Below are positions 9,219 to 17,243 of a DNA stretch of 61,350 nucleotides, piece after piece. The first letter of the stretch is position 1; each line of letters starts with the position of its first letter. The stretch is from a bacterium. Lineage in GTDB: Bacteria; Patescibacteriota; Minisyncoccia; Phycocordibacterales; CAIZLB01. The notes beneath the pieces are model-generated. The model ran no database searches and had not been told where the DNA came from. It saw only the letters and a list, made by a program, of their open reading frames with translations. The position numbers and the translations under genes were made by a program. The stretch is from NCBI GenBank assembly GCA_031411135.1, contig JANOAN010000004.1, positions 1 to 61,350 on the forward strand, written 5' to 3'.

Positions 9219-10604
9219 ATGAATATTAACACAAATTACATGCAAAAAATTAAATATGTTCTAGCTACGGCTTTTTTTGCTCTGGCAATAGCTTTTATAG
9301 CCACTCCAACGGTGACATTTGCTGGTCCTGGTGATGAGACATCAGGCGATGTTGGGTATGAGTACACGTCCGCTGGCTCAGATTGGTATAATGATTATTC
9401 AACATCAGACTACACTTCACCTGGTTCAACTTGGTATAACGACTATTCAACATACTCATCAATTCCTTCTTACTCTTACGGATGTTCAAACTGTGGTGGA
9501 TCAGCTGGATACTCATCAACTCCTTCTTATTCTTACGGATGTTCAAACTGTGGAAGTTCATCGGGTTCATCAATACCCTCATATACAACATCTTCTTCAC
9601 GTTCGACTTCAAATCCAAATAGCGTAAACACTAATACCAACACAACTGGTCCAAGCACCTCAACTGCGACAGGTGGAAGCGCGAGTAGTACTAACACTAA
9701 CAATCTTATTAACAACTCGCCTTCAACAGCGACTGCAACAAATAACTCTACTACAACTGTAAATGTTGTTAATAATATTGTTGTTAATGTTCCACGTGGT
9801 TCAGGTGGCACTACACCAACAACTAATGATTTATCAGTTAATTGTACAATTAACCCTTCAAACAATGTGCAGATTAATCAAGATGTTAACTTCTACGCTA
9901 ATGCATCAGGTGGAAATGGTAGTTACTCTTATTCATGGACAGGTTCAGATGGTCTTAACAGTTCAAGTCAATCTTTCACTGGACGATTCTACAGTTCTGG
10001 TTCAAAGTACGCGACAGTCACTGTTTACTCTGGTGGACAGTCTCGAACTGCGACATGTAACACAAACGTAGGTGGAAATAATAACGGTAACTTAAGTGCT
10101 TACTGTACTGCCACACCTCCAACTGCTAATACTAACCAGTATATTACTTGGACAGTGTACCCAACTGGTGGAAACGGAAACTACAGTTACTCTTGGAGTG
10201 GTTCAGACGGTTTGTACGGAAACAACTCTTCACTTACACAGTCATACAGTTCTACTGGTCAGAAGAATGCTAACGTAACAGTTACATCAAATGGTCAGTC
10301 AATCACTGCAAACTGTTCAGCTAACATCAACTCGATTTTTGGTTACCAAACTCAAGCATCAAACGTTACTCTTATTAAGGGTACATCAGACCAGATTGCT
10401 CCTGCTTCAGGAATTTATTTAGGTCAGCTTCCAGAAACTGGAATTAACCTAAGCTTGAAAGTTGTTCTATTCGCCTTCGGATTACTAGTGTGGAGCATCT
10501 TTGCTGCATTCGTTGTTTCAAAGAGAAAGAAGACAACAGATTCTATTACTGGTAATGCTATCGCTGATTTCAAAACAAGAATGCTTGCGATGAAGAATCA
10601 ATAA
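9219..10604 (+). CDS. LPXTG-anchored repetitive surface protein (461 aa), putative sortase substrate
   Basis: Signal/TM N-terminus and Ser/Thr/Asn-rich repeats. Two PKD-like units (NGSYSYSWTGSDGL, NGNYSYSWSGSDGL). C-terminal LPETG, then a hydrophobic helix, then KRKK. Confidence 0.85.
   Translation: MNINTNYMQKIKYVLATAFFALAIAFIATPTVTFAGPGDETSGDVGYEYTSAGSDWYNDYSTSDYTSPGSTWYNDYSTYSSIPSYSYGCSNCGGSAGYSSTPSYSYGCSNCGSSSGSSIPSYTTSSSRSTSNPNSVNTNTNTTGPSTSTATGGSASSTNTNNLINNSPSTATATNNSTTTVNVVNNIVVNVPRGSGGTTPTTNDLSVNCTINPSNNVQINQDVNFYANASGGNGSYSYSWTGSDGLNSSSQSFTGRFYSSGSKYATVTVYSGGQSRTATCNTNVGGNNNGNLSAYCTATPPTANTNQYITWTVYPTGGNGNYSYSWSGSDGLYGNNSSLTQSYSSTGQKNANVTVTSNGQSITANCSANINSIFGYQTQASNVTLIKGTSDQIAPASGIYLGQLPETGINLSLKVVLFAFGLLVWSIFAAFVVSKRKKTTDSITGNAIADFKTRMLAMKNQ
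9453..9584 (+). repeat. 57-bp tandem repeat (2.3 copies) encoding YSS(I/T)PSYSYGCSNCG(G/S)S(A/S)G
   Basis: Units at 9453-9509 and 9510-9566, with a partial unit at 9567-9584. Each full unit carries a CSNC (CxxC) pair. Confidence 0.8.
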
Positions 10605-10622
10605 TTAGGAAAGTAATAAAAG

Positions 10623-10652
10623 AAAAACCCCTCTGTAATGGAGGGGTTTTTC
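10623..10652. terminator. Bidirectional intrinsic terminator between convergent genes
   Basis: A-run, then CCCCTC (10628-10633), a loop, GAGGGG (10641-10646), then a T-run. Confidence 0.8.
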
Positions 10653-10658
10653 TTTGGG

Positions 10659-12410
10659 TTATGATCTTGAAGAGATTTCTTCAGAGAGTTTTTTGAGGAC
10701 TTCGTCTGCAGTCAGTTGCCCCAAGTTGCCTTTGTCTCTTGATTCTAATGTGACTTTTCCAACTTCCATATCCTTGTCACCGATAATGATTGTGTAAGGT
10801 GATCGTGCATTTTTAGCAGCGCGGACTTTCTTGCCGAAGCCATCATTTGATAAGTCTATGCGAGCTCGTATACCTAACCTCCTCAAAGATGAATAAACTT
10901 CCTTTGCTTTATCAATATTAGTTTCTCTTACAGGTACAACATACACCTGCTCAGCAGCAAGCCAAAGAGGGAAGTTTCCTCCGTAGTGTTCGATTAAAAA
11001 TCCAATAAATCGTTCATGTGTCGAAAGCGGAGCACGGTGAATACAGAGAGGAGTTTTTTCTGTTCCGTCTTTGTCAGTAAATTTCAAACCGAACCTTGCA
11101 GGCACTGCAAAGTCTACTTGGTTTGTTGCAAGTGTAAACTCTCTTCCAATTACGCTCCAAATCTGTACATCAATTTTTGGTCCGTAAAACGCACCTTCAT
11201 TTTCTGCTTCGACGAATGGGACTTTGGCCTCAACTAAACACTTGCGCACCATGTCTTCAGTCTTGATCCAAAGTTCTTCGTTATCAATATATTTCTTACC
11301 AAGGCCTTCTTTTGAATGTTTTGAAAGTCGCATCTGATACTTTTCGATTCCAAAAATCTTGAAGTAGTACAAATACATATCAATTACTTTTTTAAACTCA
11401 TCAGCAAACTGCTCTTCAGTACAATATATATGAGCATCATTCATCTGCATTGATCGCACTCGCATCAATCCGAATAGTTCACCAGATTTTTCGTGGCGAT
11501 AACATGTGCCGTATTCAGCTAAGCGAAGTGGAAGATCTTTGTATGACTTTGGAGAAGCATCGAAAATCTTGTGGTGATGCGGACAGTTCATTGCTTTCAA
11601 GTAGTATTTGCCACCTTCGTATTCCATCGGAGGGTACATAGACTCTTCGTAGTAAGGAAGGTGCCCAGATGTTAAGTACAAATTTTCTTTCGCTAGGTGA
11701 GGAGTTTTAACACGTTCATATTCGTAAGCGAATTCAGTCTCTTTTGCCAATGTTTCCAATTGTTCAATAATCGCTCCTCCATTTGGTAACCAAAGGGGAA
11801 GTCCCGCTCCCACGTCTTCATTAAATTCAAAAATCCCTAATTCCTTTCCTAACTTTCGGTGATCGCGTTTTTTGGCTTCTCCTTGTTGAATTTTGTAAGT
11901 TGTTAACTCTTCTTTTGTGTTGAATGCCAATCCGTAAATTCTAGTAAGCATTTTATTCTTTTCACTACCTCTCCAGTATGCTCCTGCAATACTTGAAAGT
12001 TCAAAACAGTCCGCAGGAACTGTTTGCATATCTTCAACGTGTCCACCACGACAAAGGTCAGTGAAGTTTCCAGAAGTGTAAAGCGTAATTTTTTCTCCCT
12101 TCTTATTTATCTCTTCAATCAATTCTAACTTGTATGGATTGTCAGCAAAGAAAGTTCTTGCTTCATCGTAGCTTACCTCCTTATGAGTAAAACCTTTCCA
12201 AGTTTTTAACAAACTTCGCATTTTCTTTTCAATTGTAGGAAAGTCTTTTTCAGAGATAGGGCTTTCGAAATCCATATCATAGTAGAAGCCATCGTCCACA
12301 GCCGGTCCAATAGTCAAAAGGGTGGTTGGGTATATTTCAGTTACAGCGGCAGCTAGCAGGTGTGCTAGTGAATGTCGCATTTCTTGTAGGTCGTTTGTGT
12401 TTTTTGACAT
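10659..12410 (-). CDS. thrS: Threonyl-tRNA synthetase (583 aa), lacking the N-terminal TGS domain
   Basis: Starts near the HSLAHLLA editing-domain motif. Class II core (FGLMRVRSMQMNDAHIY, GAFYGPKID) and an anticodon-binding C-terminus. Confidence 0.93.
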   Translation of the reverse strand: MSKNTNDLQEMRHSLAHLLAAAVTEIYPTTLLTIGPAVDDGFYYDMDFESPISEKDFPTIEKKMRSLLKTWKGFTHKEVSYDEARTFFADNPYKLELIEEINKKGEKITLYTSGNFTDLCRGGHVEDMQTVPADCFELSSIAGAYWRGSEKNKMLTRIYGLAFNTKEELTTYKIQQGEAKKRDHRKLGKELGIFEFNEDVGAGLPLWLPNGGAIIEQLETLAKETEFAYEYERVKTPHLAKENLYLTSGHLPYYEESMYPPMEYEGGKYYLKAMNCPHHHKIFDASPKSYKDLPLRLAEYGTCYRHEKSGELFGLMRVRSMQMNDAHIYCTEEQFADEFKKVIDMYLYYFKIFGIEKYQMRLSKHSKEGLGKKYIDNEELWIKTEDMVRKCLVEAKVPFVEAENEGAFYGPKIDVQIWSVIGREFTLATNQVDFAVPARFGLKFTDKDGTEKTPLCIHRAPLSTHERFIGFLIEHYGGNFPLWLAAEQVYVVPVRETNIDKAKEVYSSLRRLGIRARIDLSNDGFGKKVRAAKNARSPYTIIIGDKDMEVGKVTLESRDKGNLGQLTADEVLKKLSEEISSRS

Positions 12411-12558
12411 GGTTTTTAGCGGAAATTGATAACTAGATGATAATACTATATTTTTTGTGGGGTGGCGAGATAAGGGAATTTCATAAAAACTTTATAAATA
12501 TTAGCCTTAAATCTCCTACGCTATTTAATTGTACTTATTAAATTTAATTGCTAAAATC

Positions 12559-12843
12559 ATGTTAATGAAAATCAAGAATCTTGCATTGGTTATTATGAAA
12601 GAAGGTAGACATTTTGTGGCGTATTCTCCCGCCTTGGATCTTTCTACTGCAGGAAAATCAGCTAAAGATGCTAAAATAAAGTTTGTAGAGGCAGCAGAAA
12701 TTCTATTGGAAGAAATTTTTGAAGCGGGTACTGCCGATGATGTGCTGTCAGATTTAGGTTGGAAAAAAATACAAAAGAGCTGGACTCCACCACCGGTAAT
12801 TTCCACAACCTCTATTGGAATTACAATCCCAACTTTTGCGTAG
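12559..12843 (+). CDS. hicB: HicB-like antitoxin (about 94 aa from the first ATG; the ORF track starts at TTG 12529)
   Basis: VIMKEGRHFVAYSPALDLSTAGKSAKDAKIKFVEAAEILLEE matches the HicB/UPF0150 fold pattern. It lies 3 nt upstream of a HicA-like ORF. Confidence 0.65.
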   Translation: MLMKIKNLALVIMKEGRHFVAYSPALDLSTAGKSAKDAKIKFVEAAEILLEEIFEAGTADDVLSDLGWKKIQKSWTPPPVISTTSIGITIPTFA

Positions 12844-12846
12844 AAA

Positions 12847-13077
12847 ATGGGAAAAATTAAACAGATACATTGGCAGGAATTTGAGAAATTCCTTCTTCTA
12901 GAAGGTTGTGTGTTTAAGAGAGAAAAAGGTGATCATAGAATTTATACAAAGGAAGGTCTAAAAAGATCAATTGTGGTGCCTAGATACAATCCACTTCCAG
13001 TTTTTATCATTTTAAATAATTTGTCTCTTCTAGGTATCTCTAGGAGAGAATATTTGCGAAGGATTAGTGATTTATAG
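12847..13077 (+). CDS. hicA: HicA-like mRNA interferase toxin (76 aa)
   Basis: FEKFLLLEGCVFKREKGDHRIYTKEG...VVPRYNPLP...ILNNLSLLGISRREYL follows the YcfA/HicA pattern, including the G-D/S-H catalytic His context. Confidence 0.65.
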   Translation: MGKIKQIHWQEFEKFLLLEGCVFKREKGDHRIYTKEGLKRSIVVPRYNPLPVFIILNNLSLLGISRREYLRRISDL

Positions 13078-13088
13078 TTTTTTACTGA

Positions 13089-13754
13089 TTAGTCCATGTG
13101 TATGGGTTTATACTTTAAATAACCGTATACAACGTCAATAATTTTCTGAAGGAATTCAGCAGCGTAAGAGTTTTTTATCTCAAAGTAATATTTTTTTGTC
13201 CTAGAAATAAAATAAATATAATCTCTAAATGAGATTATGGTGCAGTGACCAGATAATTTATCTTCTAAAAATCGAGCAGAACCACTTCTGTTTCGCAAGG
13301 CGTCACTGTCATGATTGGTCATGTTTTTTTGAAAAAAGTCTAAAGCATCGGTACTACCAATACCTTTTAATACGATTTTGTTTTTCACTGCTTCTTTTTG
13401 CCAATCTAATAATTTTTTCCTGTTATTAAAAAGAGACTGAATTTCCTCATCTGATTCTATAGAATAAACAATCTCACCTTGTTTTAAATTTAGAATTTCT
13501 TTTAGAAGTTGATCAATAAGCAGGGAAGTGGTGTGTGGAGTATTTACCTTGTTTATTCTGTTGTTAATTGAATAATTAAAACCATTTTTTATAACTAAAT
13601 TTTCTTCAACTAATTTCTTTAAGCTAGAATAAATACTCGTTCTCGCAATATTTAATCTTCTAGAGATGTTAGAAATATTCGATGTTCCAAGGGATTTTAA
13701 TGATTCAACTATTGAGGCCTCGGTTGGTTTTAGAATTAAGTATTCCCGACTCAT
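13089..13754 (-). CDS. Winged-helix (TrmB/MarR-like) transcriptional regulator with an uncharacterised C-terminal domain (221 aa)
   Basis: The N-terminus SIVESLKSLGTSNISNISRRLNIARTSIYSSLKKLVEENLVI is a typical wHTH. The C-terminal domain has no recognised family. Confidence 0.6.
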   Translation of the reverse strand: MSREYLILKPTEASIVESLKSLGTSNISNISRRLNIARTSIYSSLKKLVEENLVIKNGFNYSINNRINKVNTPHTTSLLIDQLLKEILNLKQGEIVYSIESDEEIQSLFNNRKKLLDWQKEAVKNKIVLKGIGSTDALDFFQKNMTNHDSDALRNRSGSARFLEDKLSGHCTIISFRDYIYFISRTKKYYFEIKNSYAAEFLQKIIDVVYGYLKYKPIHMD

Positions 13755-13763
13755 ACGTATAAA

Positions 13764-13780
13764 TGTACATTATTTGTACA
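13764..13780. promoter_or_regulatory. Two palindromic TGTACA boxes 11 bp apart in the divergent intergenic region (candidate operator)
   Basis: The sequence reads AATGTACATTATTTGTACATT, with TGTACA at 13764-13769 and 13775-13780. It sits between the regulator start (13754) and the divergent mini-operon. Confidence 0.4.
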
Positions 13781-13853
13781 TTTTGTGCAAATAGATTTAA
13801 AGTATTGTTATATATTCTTGGATAGTAAACCAAAACAGAAAGGAGTAACACTT

Positions 13854-14072
13854 ATGCCAGAATGGAATGCATCTATTATGGTCACAAAGACTAATGATGG
13901 GATTCACGTAGGATATCGTGGAGAAGTTGAATCAGAAGGTATTCATGTAAAAGCTGCAGAATGCGAGCTAGAGAAAGCATTTTATACAGCGATTGGGAAA
14001 TTTGTATATCGCAACAATAGAGAGCTTAAGTTGTGGTTTGATTCGCAAGACATAAGAACTAATAGGAAATGA
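13854..14072 (+). CDS. Hypothetical small protein (72 aa)
   Basis: The ATG at 13854 is preceded by AGGAG (13841-13845). The ORF-track start at 13785 lacks an RBS. The stop overlaps the next ATG (ATGA). Confidence 0.5.
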   Translation: MPEWNASIMVTKTNDGIHVGYRGEVESEGIHVKAAECELEKAFYTAIGKFVYRNNRELKLWFDSQDIRTNRK

Positions 14073-14239
14073 AATGTATCAAATGTAAGGGTCGCGGCTG
14101 GGTTTGGGTTAAGTATGTAATAGGTTTTACAGAACCTTTGTACGGATTTGGTTCGTCGCCAGTGGCTTGTGGAGAGCCGATTTACAAGAGGTCAAAAAAA
14201 CCTTGCAAAACCTGCAAAGGTAAAGGCAAATTAAAATAG
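14069..14239 (+). CDS. Small zinc-ribbon protein (56 aa) with two DnaJ-type CxxCxGxG motifs; not in the supplied ORF track
   Basis: Hand translation gives MKCIKCKGRGWVWVKYVIGFTEPLYGFGSSPVACGEPIYKRSKKPCKTCKGKGKLK. There is an ATGA overlap with the upstream stop (14069-14072). TAG stop at 14237-14239. Confidence 0.5.
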   Translation: MKCIKCKGRGWVWVKYVIGFTEPLYGFGSSPVACGEPIYKRSKKPCKTCKGKGKLK

Positions 14240-14334
14240 GTTCTCAGACACCATCAAGATTGAGGCTGATCACAAGTTGGTCAGCCTCTTCTCTTATAAA
14301 TCCCAATTTTATGCTATAACATAGTTCACACATT

Positions 14335-16122
14335 ATGTTATCCCGCACCAGAAACTTCAGCATCATCGCCCATATTGACCACGGAAAGTCGACTCTCGCC
14401 GACCGTATGCTTGAAATTACCCATACTATTGAAAAGCGCAAAATGATGGCGCAGGTTTTGGACAGTATGGAATTGGAACGCGAAAAGGGAATTACCATCA
14501 AGATGCGACCGGTTCGAATGCTTTATAAGGATCACATCCTGAACTTGATCGACACGCCAGGGCACATCGACTTTTCATATGAAGTTTCGCGAGCCTTGAA
14601 GGCGGTTGAGGGATCGATCTTGTTAGTAGATGCAACACAAGGGGTGCAAGCGCAGACCTTAACAACACTGCGAATGGCCCAAGAAACTGGACTCGTTATC
14701 ATTCCAGTTCTCAGTAAAGTTGACTCACCACTTGCGCGAATAGAGGATATAAAGAAAGAAATGGTGGCACTTCTTGGATGTAAAGAAGAAGATATTTTGG
14801 AGACATCTGGAAAGACTGGTGCTGGAGTAGATGAACTCCTGCAAGAAATTATTAAAAAAGTACCTGCTCCAATTGAGGAATTTCCTGACACAAATAGTTT
14901 CCGTGCCCTTGTTTTCGATTTTCAGTATTCAAACCACAAGGGTGTAATCATTTATGTTCGTTCAATGGACGGTACTGTTAGAAAAGGTGATGAATTGATG
15001 TTTAAAATTGCAAATGAAAAGTTTACGGCACTCGAGGTGGGAATTTTTACACCAGATGAAGAACCGTGCGAAGAACTTGGTCCGGGACAAATCGGATATA
15101 TCGTAACTGGAATTAAACGTCCTGGTATTGCATCTGTAGGAGACACTATTACTATTTTCAAAAAGCAATTACCAGCACTCGAAGGGTATTTTAACCCGTC
15201 TCCTGTTGTTTGGGCCTCGGTTTATCCAGAAGACGCAGATGATTTTGAGTTATTAAAGCAAGCCCTTGGAAGGCTTAAGTTATCTGACTCTGCGTTTTCA
15301 TACGAAGAAGAATCATCAGGGTCATTAGGAAGAGGATTCCGATGTGGGTTTCTAGGACTTCTTCACCTTGAAATTATTACTGAAAGATTAAAGCGAGAAT
15401 TCAATTTGAATCTCGTCATCGCTACCCCGAGTATTACTTATGAAGTAACTATGAAAGATGGCAAGAAAAAAATGGTGTACTCGCCATCGCTTTTTCCAGA
15501 TCACGGATCGTTTTTGGAAGTGTACGAACCATGGGTAAAATTAAAAATTATTTCACCTACCACATATGTCGGTGCAATCTATCAGATGCTTTATGAACAC
15601 GAAGCCGAATTGGGTGATACTGAAACTTTCGGAGACGGACGCGCGTCGTTGTCTATTAATATGCCGTTAAGAGAGCTTATGCGAGGATTTTTCGATGAGT
15701 TAAAAAGTATTTCTTCCGGCTACGCGTCATTATCATATGAATTAGAAGGAATGCGAAAAGCCGATGTAACCAGGATGGATATTTTGGTGGCAGAGGAACC
15801 TGTAGAAGCCTTTACCCGGGTGATTGCTTTCAGACGTATTGATGAAGAAGCGAATAAGGCCGTAGATAGGTTGTTTGAAGTCCTTCCACGCCAAATGTTC
15901 GTAACTAAAATCCAAGCCAAGGCCGATGGGCGAATCATTGCGTCCCGCACTCTTTCTGCTATGAAAAAAGATGTAACACAGCACATGTACGGAGGTGATA
16001 TTACGCGAAAAATGAAACTCCGAGAGAAACAAAAAAAGGGAAAGAAAAAGATGAAAGAGGGTGGTACTGTGAACATTCCGCATGATGTTTTTCTGAAGAT
16101 GATGAAAAGTGGGGATAATTAG
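14335..16122 (+). CDS. lepA: Elongation factor 4 (595 aa)
   Basis: GTPase motifs AHIDHGKST, DTPGH and SKVD, plus the LepA-specific C-terminal domain. Confidence 0.96.
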   Translation: MLSRTRNFSIIAHIDHGKSTLADRMLEITHTIEKRKMMAQVLDSMELEREKGITIKMRPVRMLYKDHILNLIDTPGHIDFSYEVSRALKAVEGSILLVDATQGVQAQTLTTLRMAQETGLVIIPVLSKVDSPLARIEDIKKEMVALLGCKEEDILETSGKTGAGVDELLQEIIKKVPAPIEEFPDTNSFRALVFDFQYSNHKGVIIYVRSMDGTVRKGDELMFKIANEKFTALEVGIFTPDEEPCEELGPGQIGYIVTGIKRPGIASVGDTITIFKKQLPALEGYFNPSPVVWASVYPEDADDFELLKQALGRLKLSDSAFSYEEESSGSLGRGFRCGFLGLLHLEIITERLKREFNLNLVIATPSITYEVTMKDGKKKMVYSPSLFPDHGSFLEVYEPWVKLKIISPTTYVGAIYQMLYEHEAELGDTETFGDGRASLSINMPLRELMRGFFDELKSISSGYASLSYELEGMRKADVTRMDILVAEEPVEAFTRVIAFRRIDEEANKAVDRLFEVLPRQMFVTKIQAKADGRIIASRTLSAMKKDVTQHMYGGDITRKMKLREKQKKGKKKMKEGGTVNIPHDVFLKMMKSGDN

Positions 16123-16251
16123 GATTTTAGGTTTTCTTTATCGGAATTGCATATATAGTCGGGTACATTATGGCAGGAATAGTATTGACTATGGTACTTT
16201 TGGCCAAAAAATACGAGAGGGATGAAGAAAAGAAAAAGAACCATAAATAGA

Positions 16252-16280
16252 TTGCAAAAAATCGCTAAAACTTGTATATT
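16252..16280 (+). promoter_or_regulatory. Promoter TTGCAA-17-TATATT for tRNA-Ala
   Basis: -35 at 16252-16257 and -10 at 16275-16280. The tRNA begins at 16297. Confidence 0.5.
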
Positions 16281-16296
16281 AAAACCCCATAAACAC

Positions 16297-16369
16297 GGGC
16301 CCTTAGCTTAGTTGGTAGAGCGCCTCATTTGCACTGAGGAGGTCAGCGGTTCGAATCCGCTAGGGTCCA
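16297..16369 (+). tRNA. tRNA-Ala (anticodon UGC), no encoded CCA
   Basis: 73-nt cloverleaf. Acceptor GGGCCCT/AGGGTCC with the G3:U70 Ala identity pair. Anticodon stem CCTCA/TGAGG with loop TTTGCAC. T arm AGCGG-TTCGAAT-CCGCT. Discriminator A. Confidence 0.95.
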
Positions 16370-16405
16370 CTCGAAGGTTTCAATGACTTATGTTAAAATT
16401 ATTTG

Positions 16406-16663
16406 ATGATAGAAAAGCAGACAGAAGACAATATCGATAAGCTAATATCAGAAGGCAAAAATACAGTAGAAATATCCGAAGTTTTAAAATCCAAAGGATT
16501 GACTGATGAACAAATTAATTCGACTGTTCTTGAGTATAATAAAAAGAGTTTAGAAACAGCCAGTTCAATTAAAAAACCCAATACAACTCTAACTTTGGTT
16601 GCTACGCTTATTGCGATTGTCGCCCTTTCCTATTTATTTTTTAATCTATTTCAAAATAATTAG
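16406..16663 (+). CDS. Small protein (85 aa) with a C-terminal TM helix
   Basis: ORF with an ATG at 16406 (TTG at 16403 in the track). C-terminal TLTLVATLIAIVALSYLFF. No family recognised. Confidence 0.4.
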   Translation: MIEKQTEDNIDKLISEGKNTVEISEVLKSKGLTDEQINSTVLEYNKKSLETASSIKKPNTTLTLVATLIAIVALSYLFFNLFQNN

Positions 16664-16684
16664 TTAACCAGTACTGATATATAG

Positions 16685-17120
16685 GGAAAAGAGTACTATA
16701 AACATCTCCCTGGAAATCTAAAAGATCTAAGAAAGTGTTTACAAGAGGATATTGTAGGACGTTGGGAAGTAAGAAAGAACCCTATTAAGCAGACTAGTTC
16801 TATAACTAGATATGAATACAGGCTGAATGGGGAAACAAAAATGGCTTATACTGAAAAAATAGGTGATGGTGACATGACGGAAGATGACAATAAAATAATG
16901 GATATTGCAATCGAAAATTCCCCCGTTGATAAGTACACTTTTAATGATGGGATGATTTTTTGTGAAATTTGAAGGTGGAGTCGGGCTACCTATTGTTTGT
17001 TTGATTGCAGAAAAAGATACGAGCTTTGAAGATCAGAGTGTAAAGATGGGTGAAATGGTTAATGTATATTTCACCAAGCAAAATGACCTAGCATTTTTTG
17101 AGGTTGTTAGTAGGATTTAG
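16685..17120 (+). pseudogene. Disrupted ORF: frame 2 (open 16685-16972, first ATG at 16841) continues in the next frame to 17120 after a T6 tract
   Basis: Hand translation gives ...MAYTEKIGDGDMTEDDNKIMDIAIENSPVDKYTFNDGMIFCEI*. Removing one T from TTTTTT (16956-16961) joins it to VKFEGGVGLPIVCLIAEKDTSFEDQSVKMGEMVNVYFTKQNDLAFFEVVSRI*. Confidence 0.3.
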
Positions 17121-17191
17121 TATTTTATTTAAATATTTCAACTCGTTTACTATCCGGTTTACAAAAAAACATCGAAATACACACGATATTT
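17115..17191 (+). repeat. Copy A of an ~80-bp direct repeat flanking the 686-aa surface-protein gene
   Basis: By eye, roughly three quarters identical to 19313-19392. Shared core: ATTTAG...TTTAAA.ATTT.AACTC..TTAC.ATCCGGT..ACAAAAA..ACATC. Confidence 0.55.
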
Positions 17192-17243
17192 AGTAAGCTA
17201 AACATAGTTTACCGACTCTAGATTTGTAGTATAATAAAATATA

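Noticed and set aside
9295-10278. Several 60-110-aa ORFs in other frames of the LPXTG protein gene
   Set aside because: They are artefacts of repetitive, codon-biased S/T/N-rich coding sequence. Only the 461-aa frame has a signal peptide, domains and the LPETG signal.
12411-12528. T-box or other long leader upstream of thrS (and hisS at 53392-53470)
   Set aside because: The upstream regions are only about 80-120 nt and AT-rich, with no specifier, terminator or antiterminator architecture.
16170-16250. 26-codon ORF (MAGIVLTMVLLAKKYERDEEKKKNHK) between lepA and tRNA-Ala
   Set aside because: It is too short to support from sequence alone and overlaps the region just upstream of the tRNA promoter. 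It is noted only as a possible tiny membrane peptide.
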